Origin: Candidatus Pyrohabitans jungbluthii | GTDB taxonomy: Archaea; Hydrothermarchaeota; Hydrothermarchaeia; Hydrothermarchaeales; BMS3B | Length of the DNA: 64,000 bases | Reading direction: 5' to 3' | NCBI GenBank assembly: GCA_002010065.2 | Contig: MTMD02000011.1 | Span: 1 to 64,000, forward strand | The notes under the pieces: model-generated | What the model was told of the DNA's origin: nothing | Databases searched by the model: none | The model's input: only the letters and a program-made list of their open reading frames with translations | Translations under genes and position numbers: made by a program | Shown: positions 11,317 to 21,755 of the stretch, piece after piece | Position numbering within the stretch: position 1 is the stretch's first letter | Layout of the letters: each line of letters opens with the position of its first letter

Positions 11317-11784
11317 ATGCGCCGTTTGGCTGTGGTTAGGGTGCGCGGACACGTGGGCGTATCGCGAGAGGTTGAAGATACCCTTAGGATGTTAAGACTC
11401 ACCCGCGTAAACCACTGTGTTTTCATAGATGACCGCCCAACCTACGCGGGGATGCTCCAGAAGGCGAAGGACTACATAACCTGGGGTGAGGTCAGTGCCG
11501 AGGAGGTGGCGCTCATCCTTCGTAATAGAGGTGAACTTGTAGGTGGCAAAAAGCTCACCGATGCCTACATTAAGGAGCACACCAAGTTTAAGAGCATAGA
11601 CGACTTTGCCAAGGCTTTTGTGGAGTTCAAGGCAGAGTTGAGCGACATCCCCAATCTGAAGCCAGTGTTTCGCCTGCATCCGCCGCGCAAGGGCTACCGT
11701 GGGATAAAGCGCAGCTTCGTTGAGGGCGGTGCTCTGGGCTATAGAGGCGAGGCGATGAAGGAGCTTCTCAGGAGGATGAGGTAG
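11317..11784 (+). CDS. rpl30: 50S ribosomal protein uL30
   Basis: AVVRVRG, DYITWGE, FRLHPPRKG, GGALGYRG. Confidence 0.97.
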   Translation: MRRLAVVRVRGHVGVSREVEDTLRMLRLTRVNHCVFIDDRPTYAGMLQKAKDYITWGEVSAEEVALILRNRGELVGGKKLTDAYIKEHTKFKSIDDFAKAFVEFKAELSDIPNLKPVFRLHPPRKGYRGIKRSFVEGGALGYRGEAMKELLRRMR

Positions 11785-12225
11785 GTGGCGCTGAAAAACA
11801 GGAAGATACGCAAGAAGCGCGGGTCTCGAACCTGCGGGCGTGGATCTCACAAAAAAGCCAGAGGCTCTGGGAATAGAGGCGGTACAGGTATGGCTGGAAC
11901 CCACAAGGGCAAGTGGACATGGGTTATCAAGTATGCCCCCGACTACTTCGGGCGCAGGGGCTTCGACGTGCCCGAGGAAGTTAAGGATGTCTACGAGACA
12001 ATAAATATAGGCGAGCTGGACGAGATCGCCGAAGAGCTCGTAGCAAAGGGCATAGCCAGAGAGGTTGACGGTAGAATAGAGGTGGACGTTACTGCGCTTA
12101 ACGTGGAAAAGGTACTTGGCGCCGGCAAGGTTACCCGAGCGCTAGTGGTTAAGGCGCCGAGGTTCTCTTCGCTTGCTGTTAAGAAGATAACTGAAGCTGG
12201 TGGCGAGGCAATAGTGCTGGAGTGA
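11785..12225 (+). CDS. rpl15: 50S ribosomal protein uL15
   Basis: RGSRTCG, GNRGGTGMAG, KVLGAG. Confidence 0.97.
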   Translation: MALKNRKIRKKRGSRTCGRGSHKKARGSGNRGGTGMAGTHKGKWTWVIKYAPDYFGRRGFDVPEEVKDVYETINIGELDEIAEELVAKGIAREVDGRIEVDVTALNVEKVLGAGKVTRALVVKAPRFSSLAVKKITEAGGEAIVLE

Positions 12226-12232
12226 AGCCGTA

Positions 12233-13591
12233 ATGGGCATTCTGCACCAATTTGAAGGCCTTTTGACCAGCCTGCCAGAGGTGGAACGTCCTCGTGTAAT
12301 CCTCAGCTTTAAGGATCGCCTCAAGTGGGTGGTTCTTGTCCTGGTAGTCTACCTTCTCCTTGCAAACACTATGCTCTATGGCTTGGATCATGAGCGAGCG
12401 GTGAACTACTTCGCTACGCTCCAAACTATAATGGCGAGCAAGTTCGGCACGCTGATGACGCTTGGCATAGGCCCCATCGTAACGGGCTCGATAATCCTCC
12501 AGATCCTTGTGGGAGGCAAGTTGATCGACCTTGACCTCTCTCAGCCGAGGGATAAGGCAATCTACATGGGCACGCAGAAGCTGCTCTCCCTCTTCTTCAC
12601 GGTCTTTGAGGCTACAGTAATGGTGCTTATGGGAGCGCTGCCCGCGCAGGGCAATGACCCCTTCTACCAGTTTCTCATAGTAGCGCAGCTCGTGGTTGCG
12701 GGTGCGCTGCTCATATACATGGATGAAGTCGTTTCGAGATGGGGTTTCGGTTCAGGTATTGGCTTATTCATCGTAGCTGGCGTGTGCGAGGAGATAGCTT
12801 GGCGCGGCTTTAACCCCTTCTTCAGCGGTGGCGCTCCGGCTGGCATAATACCCAAGTTCTTCTATACCCTATTCAAGGGTTACCCTGACTTTTACTCTCT
12901 CATCCCGCTGCTTGGCACCCTCGTGGTGTTTGGTGTGGTGGTCTACTTTGAGAGCATGCGGGTGGAGATACCCCTCACCTATGGCAGGTTTCGCGGCGCG
13001 CGCGGAAGGTATCCCATAAAGTTCATCTACGCCAGTAACATTCCTGTAATCTTCGCGAGCATTTTAATGGCGAACGTTCAGCTTTGGGCGACAGTGCTCC
13101 AGAGCTTGGGCTACCCGCTGCTTGGCACTGTGGACCAGGCTACGGGGATTGCTACTGGCATAGTTAAGTACTTCACCTTCCCGACGCCTATTTACCGCGC
13201 AGACTTTGACCCTGTGCATGCGATTGTGTTCGCCATCCTGCTCATCTCCCTCTCGGTGCTCTTCTCCATATTTTGGGTTGAAACCGCCGGCATGGACGCC
13301 AAGACCGTGGCGAGGCAGCTCCAGCAGGGCGGGATGAAGATTCCGGGCTTCAGGGGCGATATACGCATAATAGAGCGCGTGCTCCAGCGCTACATACCAG
13401 CGGTTACCGTGCTAGGCGGCGCCGCCGTGGGCGCGCTTGCGGCTTTTGGTGACCTCACCGGTGCTCTCGGTGGTGGCACAGGAGTGCTCCTCACCGTGGG
13501 TATACTCTACCGCTTATACGAGGAGATAGCAAAGCAGCAGATAATGGAGATTCACCCCATGCTTAGAAAGGTGGTGGGCGATCTGTTTTGA
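12233..13591 (+). CDS. secY: Preprotein translocase subunit SecY
   Basis: LGIGPIVT, WGFGSGIGLFI, YASNIP, IPGFR, GTGVLLTV; about 10 TM segments. Confidence 0.98.
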   Translation: MGILHQFEGLLTSLPEVERPRVILSFKDRLKWVVLVLVVYLLLANTMLYGLDHERAVNYFATLQTIMASKFGTLMTLGIGPIVTGSIILQILVGGKLIDLDLSQPRDKAIYMGTQKLLSLFFTVFEATVMVLMGALPAQGNDPFYQFLIVAQLVVAGALLIYMDEVVSRWGFGSGIGLFIVAGVCEEIAWRGFNPFFSGGAPAGIIPKFFYTLFKGYPDFYSLIPLLGTLVVFGVVVYFESMRVEIPLTYGRFRGARGRYPIKFIYASNIPVIFASILMANVQLWATVLQSLGYPLLGTVDQATGIATGIVKYFTFPTPIYRADFDPVHAIVFAILLISLSVLFSIFWVETAGMDAKTVARQLQQGGMKIPGFRGDIRIIERVLQRYIPAVTVLGGAAVGALAAFGDLTGALGGGTGVLLTVGILYRLYEEIAKQQIMEIHPMLRKVVGDLF

Positions 13592-13603
13592 GGAGGTTAA
13601 TGG

Positions 13604-14164
13604 ATGAAGTGCGTTGTAGTTACTGGGATTCCAGGAGTCGGAAAAACCACTGTGCTCAACGCTGCGCTTGAGAAGCTTGAGGAGAAATTTGAGATTATAA
13701 ATTTTGGAGATAAGATGTTCGAAGTAGCTGGCAAGGAAGGTCTTGTGAGCAACCGCGACGAGATGCGGAAGCTCCCGCCCGAGGTGCAGAAGGACATCCA
13801 GAAGCTTGCTGCAATAGCTATAGCCAAGAGGGCTGAGGAGAACAACGTAATAGTGGATACCCATTGCACAGTTAAGACGCCCTCGGGCTACCTTCCTGGT
13901 CTGCCGCGCTGGGTGCTGGAGGAGCTCAAGCCAACCCATATAGTGCTCGTGGAGGCAGACCCTGAGGAGATTCAGAGGCGGCGCACTAGCGATGCGACGC
14001 GCGTGAGGGACGAAGATAGTGTGGAGGAGATAGCGCAGCATCAGGAGATAAACCGCGCTGCTGCCATGGCTTACGCTATGTTTACAGGTGCAACCGTCAA
14101 GATCGTTGAGAACCACGACAACCGCCTTGAGGAGGCGGTGGATCAGCTTGTGAAGGCGATGTAA
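13604..14164 (+). CDS. adkA: Adenylate kinase (archaeal type)
   Basis: GIPGVGKTT P-loop, RDEMRKL, VDTH, GYLPGLP. Confidence 0.95.
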   Translation: MKCVVVTGIPGVGKTTVLNAALEKLEEKFEIINFGDKMFEVAGKEGLVSNRDEMRKLPPEVQKDIQKLAAIAIAKRAEENNVIVDTHCTVKTPSGYLPGLPRWVLEELKPTHIVLVEADPEEIQRRRTSDATRVRDEDSVEEIAQHQEINRAAAMAYAMFTGATVKIVENHDNRLEEAVDQLVKAM

Positions 14165-14165
14165 G

Positions 14166-14678
14166 ATGCCAGCACTTCTTGAGCCTGTGTATGCTGTTAT
14201 GGACGCTACCTTAGGGTTGGTCTTCCATCTCACGGCGAATGAGAAAACGAACTACATGCTGGGCATCTTCATAATCTCCGCTTTGGTTTCCCTGTTCATC
14301 ACTCTGGTCACAGCGCGTGTTGTGGACCAGCGCAAGATGCGCGAGGCGAAGGAGAAGATGAGGGTTCTGCAGGAGCGGCTGAAGAAGGCGCAGAAAGCAG
14401 GAGATTCCAAGGAGATGGCAAAGGTTAACAGGCAGATGCTGGAGATACAGCGCGAGATGATGGGAATCTCCTTCAAGCCTATGTTCTACACCATGATACC
14501 CATATTCCTTGTCTTCTCGTGGCTGCGCTACGCTATACCCCCCAACGTAACTGTGGTAACGCTACCATTTGCGTTGCCCCACTATGGCACCACGCTGGGG
14601 TGGTTCGGCTGGTACATACTTAGCTCCTTTGCTGTTTCACCACTGCTTAAGAAGATTATGAATATAGAAGGACCTTAG
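14166..14678 (+). CDS. DUF106/EMC3-TMCO1 (YidC/Oxa1 superfamily) membrane protein
   Basis: TM, coiled coil, FKPM, then GWFGWYIL.SF; conserved position after adk. Confidence 0.88.
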   Translation: MPALLEPVYAVMDATLGLVFHLTANEKTNYMLGIFIISALVSLFITLVTARVVDQRKMREAKEKMRVLQERLKKAQKAGDSKEMAKVNRQMLEIQREMMGISFKPMFYTMIPIFLVFSWLRYAIPPNVTVVTLPFALPHYGTTLGWFGWYILSSFAVSPLLKKIMNIEGP

Positions 14679-14734
14679 AAATCTTTATATCACATAATTG
14701 CAAACAGAAAACTTCTCACTGGAGGTAAAGAGCC

Positions 14735-15001
14735 ATGGAACCCAGCAAAAGGTCACGTTCCGTAAAGAGGATAGCAAAGCGAACACCCGGAGGAAGGGTG
14801 GTAATCCACTTCAGGAAGAAGCGCCCAGGCTATGCGAAGTGCGCTGTGTGCAAGCGCGAGCTGCATGGAATTCCCAGAGGTAGGGTCTCTGAAATTCGCA
14901 AGCTTCCGCGCTCCCAGCGCAGGGTTTCTCGTCCCTATGGCGGCTATCTGTGCTCCGCATGCATGCGTGCTGAGATTAAGAGGCTTGTGAGAGGAGAATG
15001 A
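14735..15001 (+). CDS. rpl34e: 50S ribosomal protein eL34
   Basis: RTPGG, CAVC..LHG, RPYGGYLCSAC. Confidence 0.96.
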   Translation: MEPSKRSRSVKRIAKRTPGGRVVIHFRKKRPGYAKCAVCKRELHGIPRGRVSEIRKLPRSQRRVSRPYGGYLCSACMRAEIKRLVRGE

Positions 15002-15558
15002 TAGTAACCGTTAGCGGCCCCATAGGCTCGGGAAAAACAACCGTAGCTAAGGCCATAGCCTCGCGCTTTAACCTGCGCCACGTGAGCGCAGGAGAGGTTT
15101 TCAGGGCGCTTGCGAAGGAGCGAGGCATGACGCTAGCGGAGTTCTCAAAGTATGCGGAGGAGCACCACGAGATAGACCGCCTCGTGGACGAGCGCCAGGT
15201 AGAACTGGCTAAGCAGGGCAACGCCGTCGTAGATGGCAGGCTTACCGCCTGGCTTCTCCCTGAGGCAGAAATCAAAATATGGCTTAAGGCTCCGCTGGAG
15301 GTTAGGGCGGAGCGCGTGGCTAAGCGCGAGGGTATAAGCTATGAGCAGGCACTCCGCGAAACGAAGCTGCGCGAGAAGAGTGAGGCAAAGCGCTACCGGG
15401 AGATATACGGAATAAACCTCGAGGATCTCTCCCCTTACGATATAGTGCTGAATACCAGCCTTTACGAAGCTGAAGACGTTATCGAGATAATCTCTCTGTG
15501 TATATCATTGTCGCCCTATTATGAGGGTGCAAAAAAACCAGCTCCAGAGCAAGGATGA
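14998..15558 (+). CDS. cmk: Cytidylate kinase (archaeal)
   Basis: SGPIGSGKTT, SAGEVFR, DGRL, RYREIYGI. Confidence 0.94.
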   Translation: MIVTVSGPIGSGKTTVAKAIASRFNLRHVSAGEVFRALAKERGMTLAEFSKYAEEHHEIDRLVDERQVELAKQGNAVVDGRLTAWLLPEAEIKIWLKAPLEVRAERVAKREGISYEQALRETKLREKSEAKRYREIYGINLEDLSPYDIVLNTSLYEAEDVIEIISLCISLSPYYEGAKKPAPEQG

Positions 15559-15601
15559 ACTCGGAAGGCGACTGAAGAGGGACGAGCTTTGGAAAGAGTG
15601 A
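15552..15601 (+). ncRNA. Candidate C/D-box guide sRNA
   Basis: AGGATGA (C-like, overlapping the cmk stop), 13 nt, CTGA (D'), GGACGA (C'-like), 12 nt, GTGA (D-like); the boxes are degenerate. Confidence 0.3.
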
Positions 15602-15611
15602 GGTGATAAAC

Positions 15612-15845
15612 ATGTTTGAAGTGGGAAGAGTTTGTGTGAAGCTTGCAGGCAGAGAAGCTGGTAAGAAGGCAGTTGTGGTTGAGCAGATAGACAAGAACTT
15701 TGTGCTTGTAGATTCGCCTTGGATAAAGCGCCGAAGGTGCAACGTCAAGCACCTTGAGCCTCTCGATGTTGTGGTGAACATAAAGAAGGGCGCTTCCAAG
15801 GAGGAGATTGAGAAGGCACTGAAGGAAGCAGGAATTGAGGCATGA
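15612..15845 (+). CDS. rpl14e: 50S ribosomal protein eL14
   Basis: [26 protein letters not shown]. Confidence 0.96.
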   Translation: MFEVGRVCVKLAGREAGKKAVVVEQIDKNFVLVDSPWIKRRRCNVKHLEPLDVVVNIKKGASKEEIEKALKEAGIEA

Positions 15846-16837
15846 ACAAGCTACCTTCCGAAATTGAGAGGAAACTGATAACCCGCGCTAAGGCAAAGAC
15901 CAGCGATAAGTTTGGGAAGCGCCCTGAGGAGCGCACCATAGAGGAGCACATAACCTACGGGTTTGTGAACCTCGATAAGCCCCGTGGCCCCACCTCGCAT
16001 GAGGTTGTTGCCTGGGTCAAGAAGATGCTTAATGTTAAGAAGGCTGGTCACGGGGGCACCCTGGACCCTAAGGTTTCTGGAGTCCTTCCTATAGGTCTCG
16101 AGAAGTCCACCCGCATACTCCAGGTGCTACTCCCAGCGGGCAAAGAGTACATCTGCGTGATGCGCTTGCATGGTGATGTTTCTGAGCAACGCCTTAGGGA
16201 GGTTTTTGCGGAGTTCACAGGTACAATAGTGCAGCGCCCGCCGGTGAAGAGTGCCGTGAAGCGCCAGCTTCGCACGCGAAAAATCTACTACCTTGAGCTT
16301 CTTGAGTTAGATGCTCGAGACGTGCTCTTCCGCGTGGGGTGCGAGGCGGGCACATACATACGCAAGCTGTGCCACGATATGGGCGAGGTGCTTGGCGTGG
16401 GGGCGCACATGCTTGAGCTCCGCCGTACAAAGAGCGGAAGTTTCACCGAGGAAACGCTGGTTACGCTTCACGACCTCTGCGACGCTTACCACTTCTGGCG
16501 TGAGGACGGCGATGAGAGCTTCCTTCGCAAAGTGATTTTGCCAGTAGAATTTGCAGTTAAGCATCTCGCAAAGGTGGTAGTGCGCGACTCTGCCGTAGAC
16601 GCACTCTGCCACGGTGCCGACCTGGCGATACCCGGTATAGCTAAGGTGGACAGCGAGTTAAACCCGGGCGATTTAGTGGCGATGTTCACCCTGAAGGGCG
16701 AACTTATCGCCCTAGGTAAAGCAAAGCTTGACACAAAGACCATACTCACAGAAAACTCGGGAATAGCGGTTAAGACAACACGGGTGCTCATGAGTCCTGG
16801 CACTTACCCGAGGGGATGGAAAGGGAAGGGGGAGTAG
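15842..16837 (+). CDS. cbf5: H/ACA RNA-guided pseudouridine synthase Cbf5 (TruB family)
   Basis: [33 protein letters not shown] domain. Confidence 0.96.
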   Translation: MNKLPSEIERKLITRAKAKTSDKFGKRPEERTIEEHITYGFVNLDKPRGPTSHEVVAWVKKMLNVKKAGHGGTLDPKVSGVLPIGLEKSTRILQVLLPAGKEYICVMRLHGDVSEQRLREVFAEFTGTIVQRPPVKSAVKRQLRTRKIYYLELLELDARDVLFRVGCEAGTYIRKLCHDMGEVLGVGAHMLELRRTKSGSFTEETLVTLHDLCDAYHFWREDGDESFLRKVILPVEFAVKHLAKVVVRDSAVDALCHGADLAIPGIAKVDSELNPGDLVAMFTLKGELIALGKAKLDTKTILTENSGIAVKTTRVLMSPGTYPRGWKGKGE

Positions 16838-16910
16838 GCTGTGAGGCTTTATTAACCGGTGTAGCCTAATTTATTTTACCTTTGTTATCCACCGCAATTA
16901 CGTTGAGCAT

Positions 16911-16993
16911 GCCGGGGTAGCCTAGCCCGGAAAGGCGCCAGACTTGAGATCTGGTGCGCTCTGCGCTCAGGAGTTCAAATCTCCTCCCCGGCG
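16911..16993 (+). tRNA. tRNA-Ser(UGA)
   Basis: GCCGGGG/CCCCGGC acceptor stem, CCAGA-CTTGAGA-TCTGG anticodon arm, long variable arm, AGGAG-TTCAAAT-CTCCT T arm; CCA not encoded. Confidence 0.93.
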
Positions 16994-17122
16994 TTCATTT
17001 TACCTGCATCATCCAACATTGAGGAGACCACTGAGAACTTAAAGATACCAAAAGAAGCGGTTGTTTATGCAACCCTTGAAAAAATAAAAATGTTTATGGA
17101 GGGGTTTATTATTTAATGAAGC

Positions 17123-17809
17123 TCAAATCCCGCTGGCTAAGTCCAGGAGCACCGCTTTTGGGTCCTTAGCTTTAACCACACCACTGGCTAAAAGCACGCC
17201 CTCCGCGCCAAGCTCAATGGCTGCGCGCACATCCTCGCCCGAGCTTATTCCAGCGCCGCACAGCACCGCAATATCCTTGTTGATGTTCTTCACCGCCTCA
17301 ACGCTGCGCTGCACCACCTCGGGCTCAGCCTTTGACACAGGTATGCCGGTGCCTATTAAGTCGGGAGGCTCCACCGCTATGCAACTCGGTCCAAGCTCTG
17401 CGCAGGCCTTGCTGGTGGCGATGTTGTTGGTGCAGACGACGGTGTAGAGGTCCAGCTCTTTCGCCCGGCTAACTATCGCGTCTATATCTGCGATTCGCAT
17501 GCGGTGCTCGCTGTGGTTGACCAGCGTTCCCACTGCGCCAGCTTCCTTAACTGCCTCCAGCACCACATAGCCTGTGTGCGAACCAGGAGAGAAAGCTTCC
17601 ACGTGCTGTGCCAGCACCGGTATGTTAACTTCTCTTGCAACAAGCGCCAGGTCAACCTGCTGAGGGCAGTAGGCTATGCTCACCCCTGTCTCCTCAGCAA
17701 CACTCTCGCAGAGCCTCGCAAGCTCTATATCGCGAGCGCCCATACTTTCGCTGTACGCTTTCACATTGAGCATTATCACAGGCGTTTTTATTCTCATTCG
17801 CTCACCCAC
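17123..17809 (-). CDS. tpiA: Triosephosphate isomerase (archaeal type)
   Basis: NVKAY, AQH, NHSEHR, AVEPPDLIGTG, LCGAGI, LLASG. Confidence 0.95.
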   Translation of the reverse strand: MGERMRIKTPVIMLNVKAYSESMGARDIELARLCESVAEETGVSIAYCPQQVDLALVAREVNIPVLAQHVEAFSPGSHTGYVVLEAVKEAGAVGTLVNHSEHRMRIADIDAIVSRAKELDLYTVVCTNNIATSKACAELGPSCIAVEPPDLIGTGIPVSKAEPEVVQRSVEAVKNINKDIAVLCGAGISSGEDVRAAIELGAEGVLLASGVVKAKDPKAVLLDLASGI

Positions 17810-17830
17810 ATCAATTGGTTGCAGGAGGAT

Positions 17831-18946
17831 TCACTCCACCTTCTCAAAGCGCTTCTCGAGGCGTTTGAGCACGCCTGGCAGAGTGGTGTACTCCATGTCC
17901 TCCAGGGGTAGGCGGTGGGGTTCGAAGGGGCCGTGGCGGCGCATGTATTCGGCGACCTCCTGCGCTTTCCTGCGGGTGTAATCAAAGCCGGGGTCGTCGA
18001 AGAGATCCACTGGTCCAACAAGCTTGCCGTTTGCCACCTGGAAGCCCGCTGCAACTACGCGGGGCGGGCCGTCAAAGCGCGTGCACCTCGCATCTTTAAA
18101 GCTAACCGGCATTATTGGTCCATTGTGCGAACCCCGCATCCACCCGCTCACCAGGTGTGGGAAGGCAAAAGCCTCAAGAACCTCACCCAGCGCGGGCAAG
18201 CCGGACTGCGACCTCACGAGAGCGACAGGATCGTCCTTGCCAACGTACTCGCCTGCGATCTGGTACAGCTTCTCTGTGCTCACAACAGCGACGGCTTCAT
18301 CCTTATCTATCTTGTGCCCTTCCTTGGGGTAAACCCGCTTAATCACATAGCGCGACTTGGCGCCGATTAGTGCCAGAAGGTCATACATCTCCTCAGGGGT
18401 GCTGAGTATTACGCGGCGGTGCTCCATGATATCCCATACCTCAAAGCGGAAGCCCATGTGGCAGCTGGGGTCTATGACCAAGCCTGCGGTGTTGAAGGGG
18501 TCAGCGAATATTTTAAATATGGGCAGATTGAAGGCACCTGGCTCTGTCTTGTCCATCATGAACGCAACAAGGGGCTCAGACTTGCGCTCCTTAAACTCAA
18601 GCTCCGCCACACCCGGACCCATGCCGCGGATGTTGCCTGAGAAGGCGTCGCTCAGCAAATCCTGACCAGCGCCGTACAGCTTCAGCTCCTTGGCTCTAGC
18701 TGTGGCTGCCTCAAAGGCGCGCCACGCCAAGCCGTGCACCTCTTCGCTGTCCACGCCGCGATAGTGGCTCATAACCAGCTCCAGGTCATCGCCAGCACTC
18801 AGCACGTGGAAGTCGGCGATAACACCAGTCTCCTTTCCTTCGCTGAGAACCTTCTCAGCCTCCTGCTTGAGCTCCTCGTGCACTGAAACGTGCCCGGGAT
18901 AGCCACCCACATCTGCCTTAATCAGGCTTACAGTAACCTTGCTCAT
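17831..18946 (-). CDS. fbp: Bifunctional fructose-1,6-bisphosphate aldolase/phosphatase
   Basis: IKADVGG.PGH, YGAGQDLL.DAFSGN, YVGKDDP, GWMRGSH, MEYTTLP. Confidence 0.97.
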   Translation of the reverse strand: MSKVTVSLIKADVGGYPGHVSVHEELKQEAEKVLSEGKETGVIADFHVLSAGDDLELVMSHYRGVDSEEVHGLAWRAFEAATARAKELKLYGAGQDLLSDAFSGNIRGMGPGVAELEFKERKSEPLVAFMMDKTEPGAFNLPIFKIFADPFNTAGLVIDPSCHMGFRFEVWDIMEHRRVILSTPEEMYDLLALIGAKSRYVIKRVYPKEGHKIDKDEAVAVVSTEKLYQIAGEYVGKDDPVALVRSQSGLPALGEVLEAFAFPHLVSGWMRGSHNGPIMPVSFKDARCTRFDGPPRVVAAGFQVANGKLVGPVDLFDDPGFDYTRRKAQEVAEYMRRHGPFEPHRLPLEDMEYTTLPGVLKRLEKRFEKVE

Positions 18947-18958
18947 TCTTATCTCCTC

Positions 18959-19762
18959 CTACTTCTTACCTCCAAAGTATATCTTCTGACCTGCGGCATT
19001 GCGCCAGTATCTTCCAAACTCAGGCGATTTCCTGAGCTCCTTATCCCTGAAGGTGGGCCCCTCCTTGCATACGCGCAGGCCAATTCCATCGAGCACGCAC
19101 TGCCCGCAGATTCCAATACCGCACTTGAAGTAGCGGTGAAGCGAAGCCTGAGTTGGAATCTTCTTCTCCCTCGTAATGTCCAGCACCTTGGCCATCATTA
19201 TCTCGGGGCCGCAGGTAAAGCACTGGTCGAAGGTCTCCTCCTCCAGAAGCTCGCGAAGCACGTCGGTGGTAAAGCCCTTCTTGCCCGCGCTGCCGTCATC
19301 GGTGGAGATAAGCACTCTTCCGCCTGCCTTCTCAATGCGGTCTACGAACAGAAGCTCGCTCTTGGTTATCGCCCCGATTATCGCCGTAACCTCTTTGCCT
19401 TCTGCTAAGGCTTCTTCGGCGAGAGGTGCAAGCGGAGCGACGCCTACACCGCCGCCTACGAGTAAAAGCTTGTCCCCATAAACCTTAAAGCCTCTGCCCA
19501 TGGGTCCGCGTATGCCCAGCATGTCTCCAGGGCTAAGCTCGAAGAGGCGGCGAGTAAAATCGCCGAGGCGGAGCACAGTTATACCCAGGTCGCCTTTTGT
19601 GTATGAAACGCTCATAGGCTTCTCATCCACTCCCGGGAGCCAGACCATTACAAACTGCCCCGGGATTGCGCTCACGTCTAGGTCGAGAATGAACGTCTTT
19701 ATCCGCTTTGTCTCCTTGATAATCTTCTTTATCTTCACAACCTGCATCTCATGCATTGCCAC
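18959..19762 (-). CDS. pyrK: Dihydroorotate dehydrogenase electron-transfer subunit (PyrK family, FAD/[2Fe-2S])
   Basis: PGQFVMVW, RGPMGRGF, GGGVGVAP, CGPEIM, KCGIGICGQC...CKEGP. Confidence 0.9.
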   Translation of the reverse strand: MAMHEMQVVKIKKIIKETKRIKTFILDLDVSAIPGQFVMVWLPGVDEKPMSVSYTKGDLGITVLRLGDFTRRLFELSPGDMLGIRGPMGRGFKVYGDKLLLVGGGVGVAPLAPLAEEALAEGKEVTAIIGAITKSELLFVDRIEKAGGRVLISTDDGSAGKKGFTTDVLRELLEEETFDQCFTCGPEIMMAKVLDITREKKIPTQASLHRYFKCGIGICGQCVLDGIGLRVCKEGPTFRDKELRKSPEFGRYWRNAAGQKIYFGGKK

Positions 19763-20667
19763 TACCTCAGCGCCAGCCCTACTATCTCATCAACGCTACT
19801 GTAACCGTTCTCTTCCAGATATTCCTTAATCTCCTGAGAAACCTTTTTAAAGATGGTTATGCCGCGGTAGAGCACCCCTGTACCTATCTGCACCGCCCTC
19901 GCGCCAGCGAGGAAGAACTCCACTGCATCTTCGCCGGTGGTTATGCCTCCACATCCTATTACTGGAATATCCACCTCCCGCGCTATCTCATAAACGCAGC
20001 GCAGAGCAATGGGCTTGATACACGGCCCTGACAAACCGCCCACCTCGTTGCCAAGTATCGGCTTGCCCGTAATCAGGTCTATCTTCATGGCGCGGAGTGC
20101 GCCTATTGCGGTTATGGCATCTGCGCCAGCGTCTTCACAAGCTTTGGCGATTGCCACTATATCCCCTGCGCCCGCGGTGAGTTTCGCAAACACAGGTAAG
20201 CTCACCCGCTTCTTTACCTCCTTAACCACCTCGTGGCTGAGTTCCTCGCTGTACCCGAAGAAGGCTCCTGCTTTGCCCACATTGGGGTAAGAGATGTTCA
20301 GCTCAATTGCATCGACGCCATACTTCTGCAGCGTCTCAGCAACGGCGGCATATTCACCAAAGTTGAAGCCGTAGACGCTCCCGATTACGGGAACGCCGCC
20401 CTCCTTGGCTACGCGAATCTCGTCGCCGAACTCCTCATAGCCGGGGTTCGCTAAGCCAATTGCGCTTATAAGTCCGCCGTTTATCTCAACTACGGTAGGA
20501 TTCCTGTGCCCCTCCCTCGGCGTGAGCCCTATCGATTTGGTTACAATTGCGCCAGCGCCTCCGCTCAGCGCTACACGCTTCAGGGCAGCGCCGCTTGTGC
20601 CTAAGATACCGGAGGCAAGCATGGTGGGGTTTCTCAGCTTTATTCCGCAGAGCTCAACCTCTAGCAT
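19762..20667 (-). CDS. Dihydroorotate dehydrogenase family 1B-like FMN protein with non-canonical active site
   Basis: NPTMLASG, VTKS, GGLSGPCIKP, GCGGI, VQIGT fit the PyrD fold, but it has NISYPN (not SCPN), KLTAG (not KLxPN) and AIGA (not INT). Confidence 0.8.
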   Translation of the reverse strand: MLEVELCGIKLRNPTMLASGILGTSGAALKRVALSGGAGAIVTKSIGLTPREGHRNPTVVEINGGLISAIGLANPGYEEFGDEIRVAKEGGVPVIGSVYGFNFGEYAAVAETLQKYGVDAIELNISYPNVGKAGAFFGYSEELSHEVVKEVKKRVSLPVFAKLTAGAGDIVAIAKACEDAGADAITAIGALRAMKIDLITGKPILGNEVGGLSGPCIKPIALRCVYEIAREVDIPVIGCGGITTGEDAVEFFLAGARAVQIGTGVLYRGITIFKKVSQEIKEYLEENGYSSVDEIVGLALR

Positions 20668-20673
20668 GCTCGC

Positions 20674-21741
<1,068 letters not shown>

Positions 21742-21755
21742 TTAAAGTTTTTCAT

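Noticed and set aside
16856-16868. CCGGTGTAGCCTA, a 12/13 match to the 5' end of tRNA-Ser 55 bp downstream
   Set aside because: Too short, no cloverleaf and no integrase; likely chance within the promoter region.
16994-17122. AT-rich spacer after tRNA-Ser with a short open frame
   Set aside because: About 40 codons with no convincing start or motif; it cannot be supported as a gene or att site.
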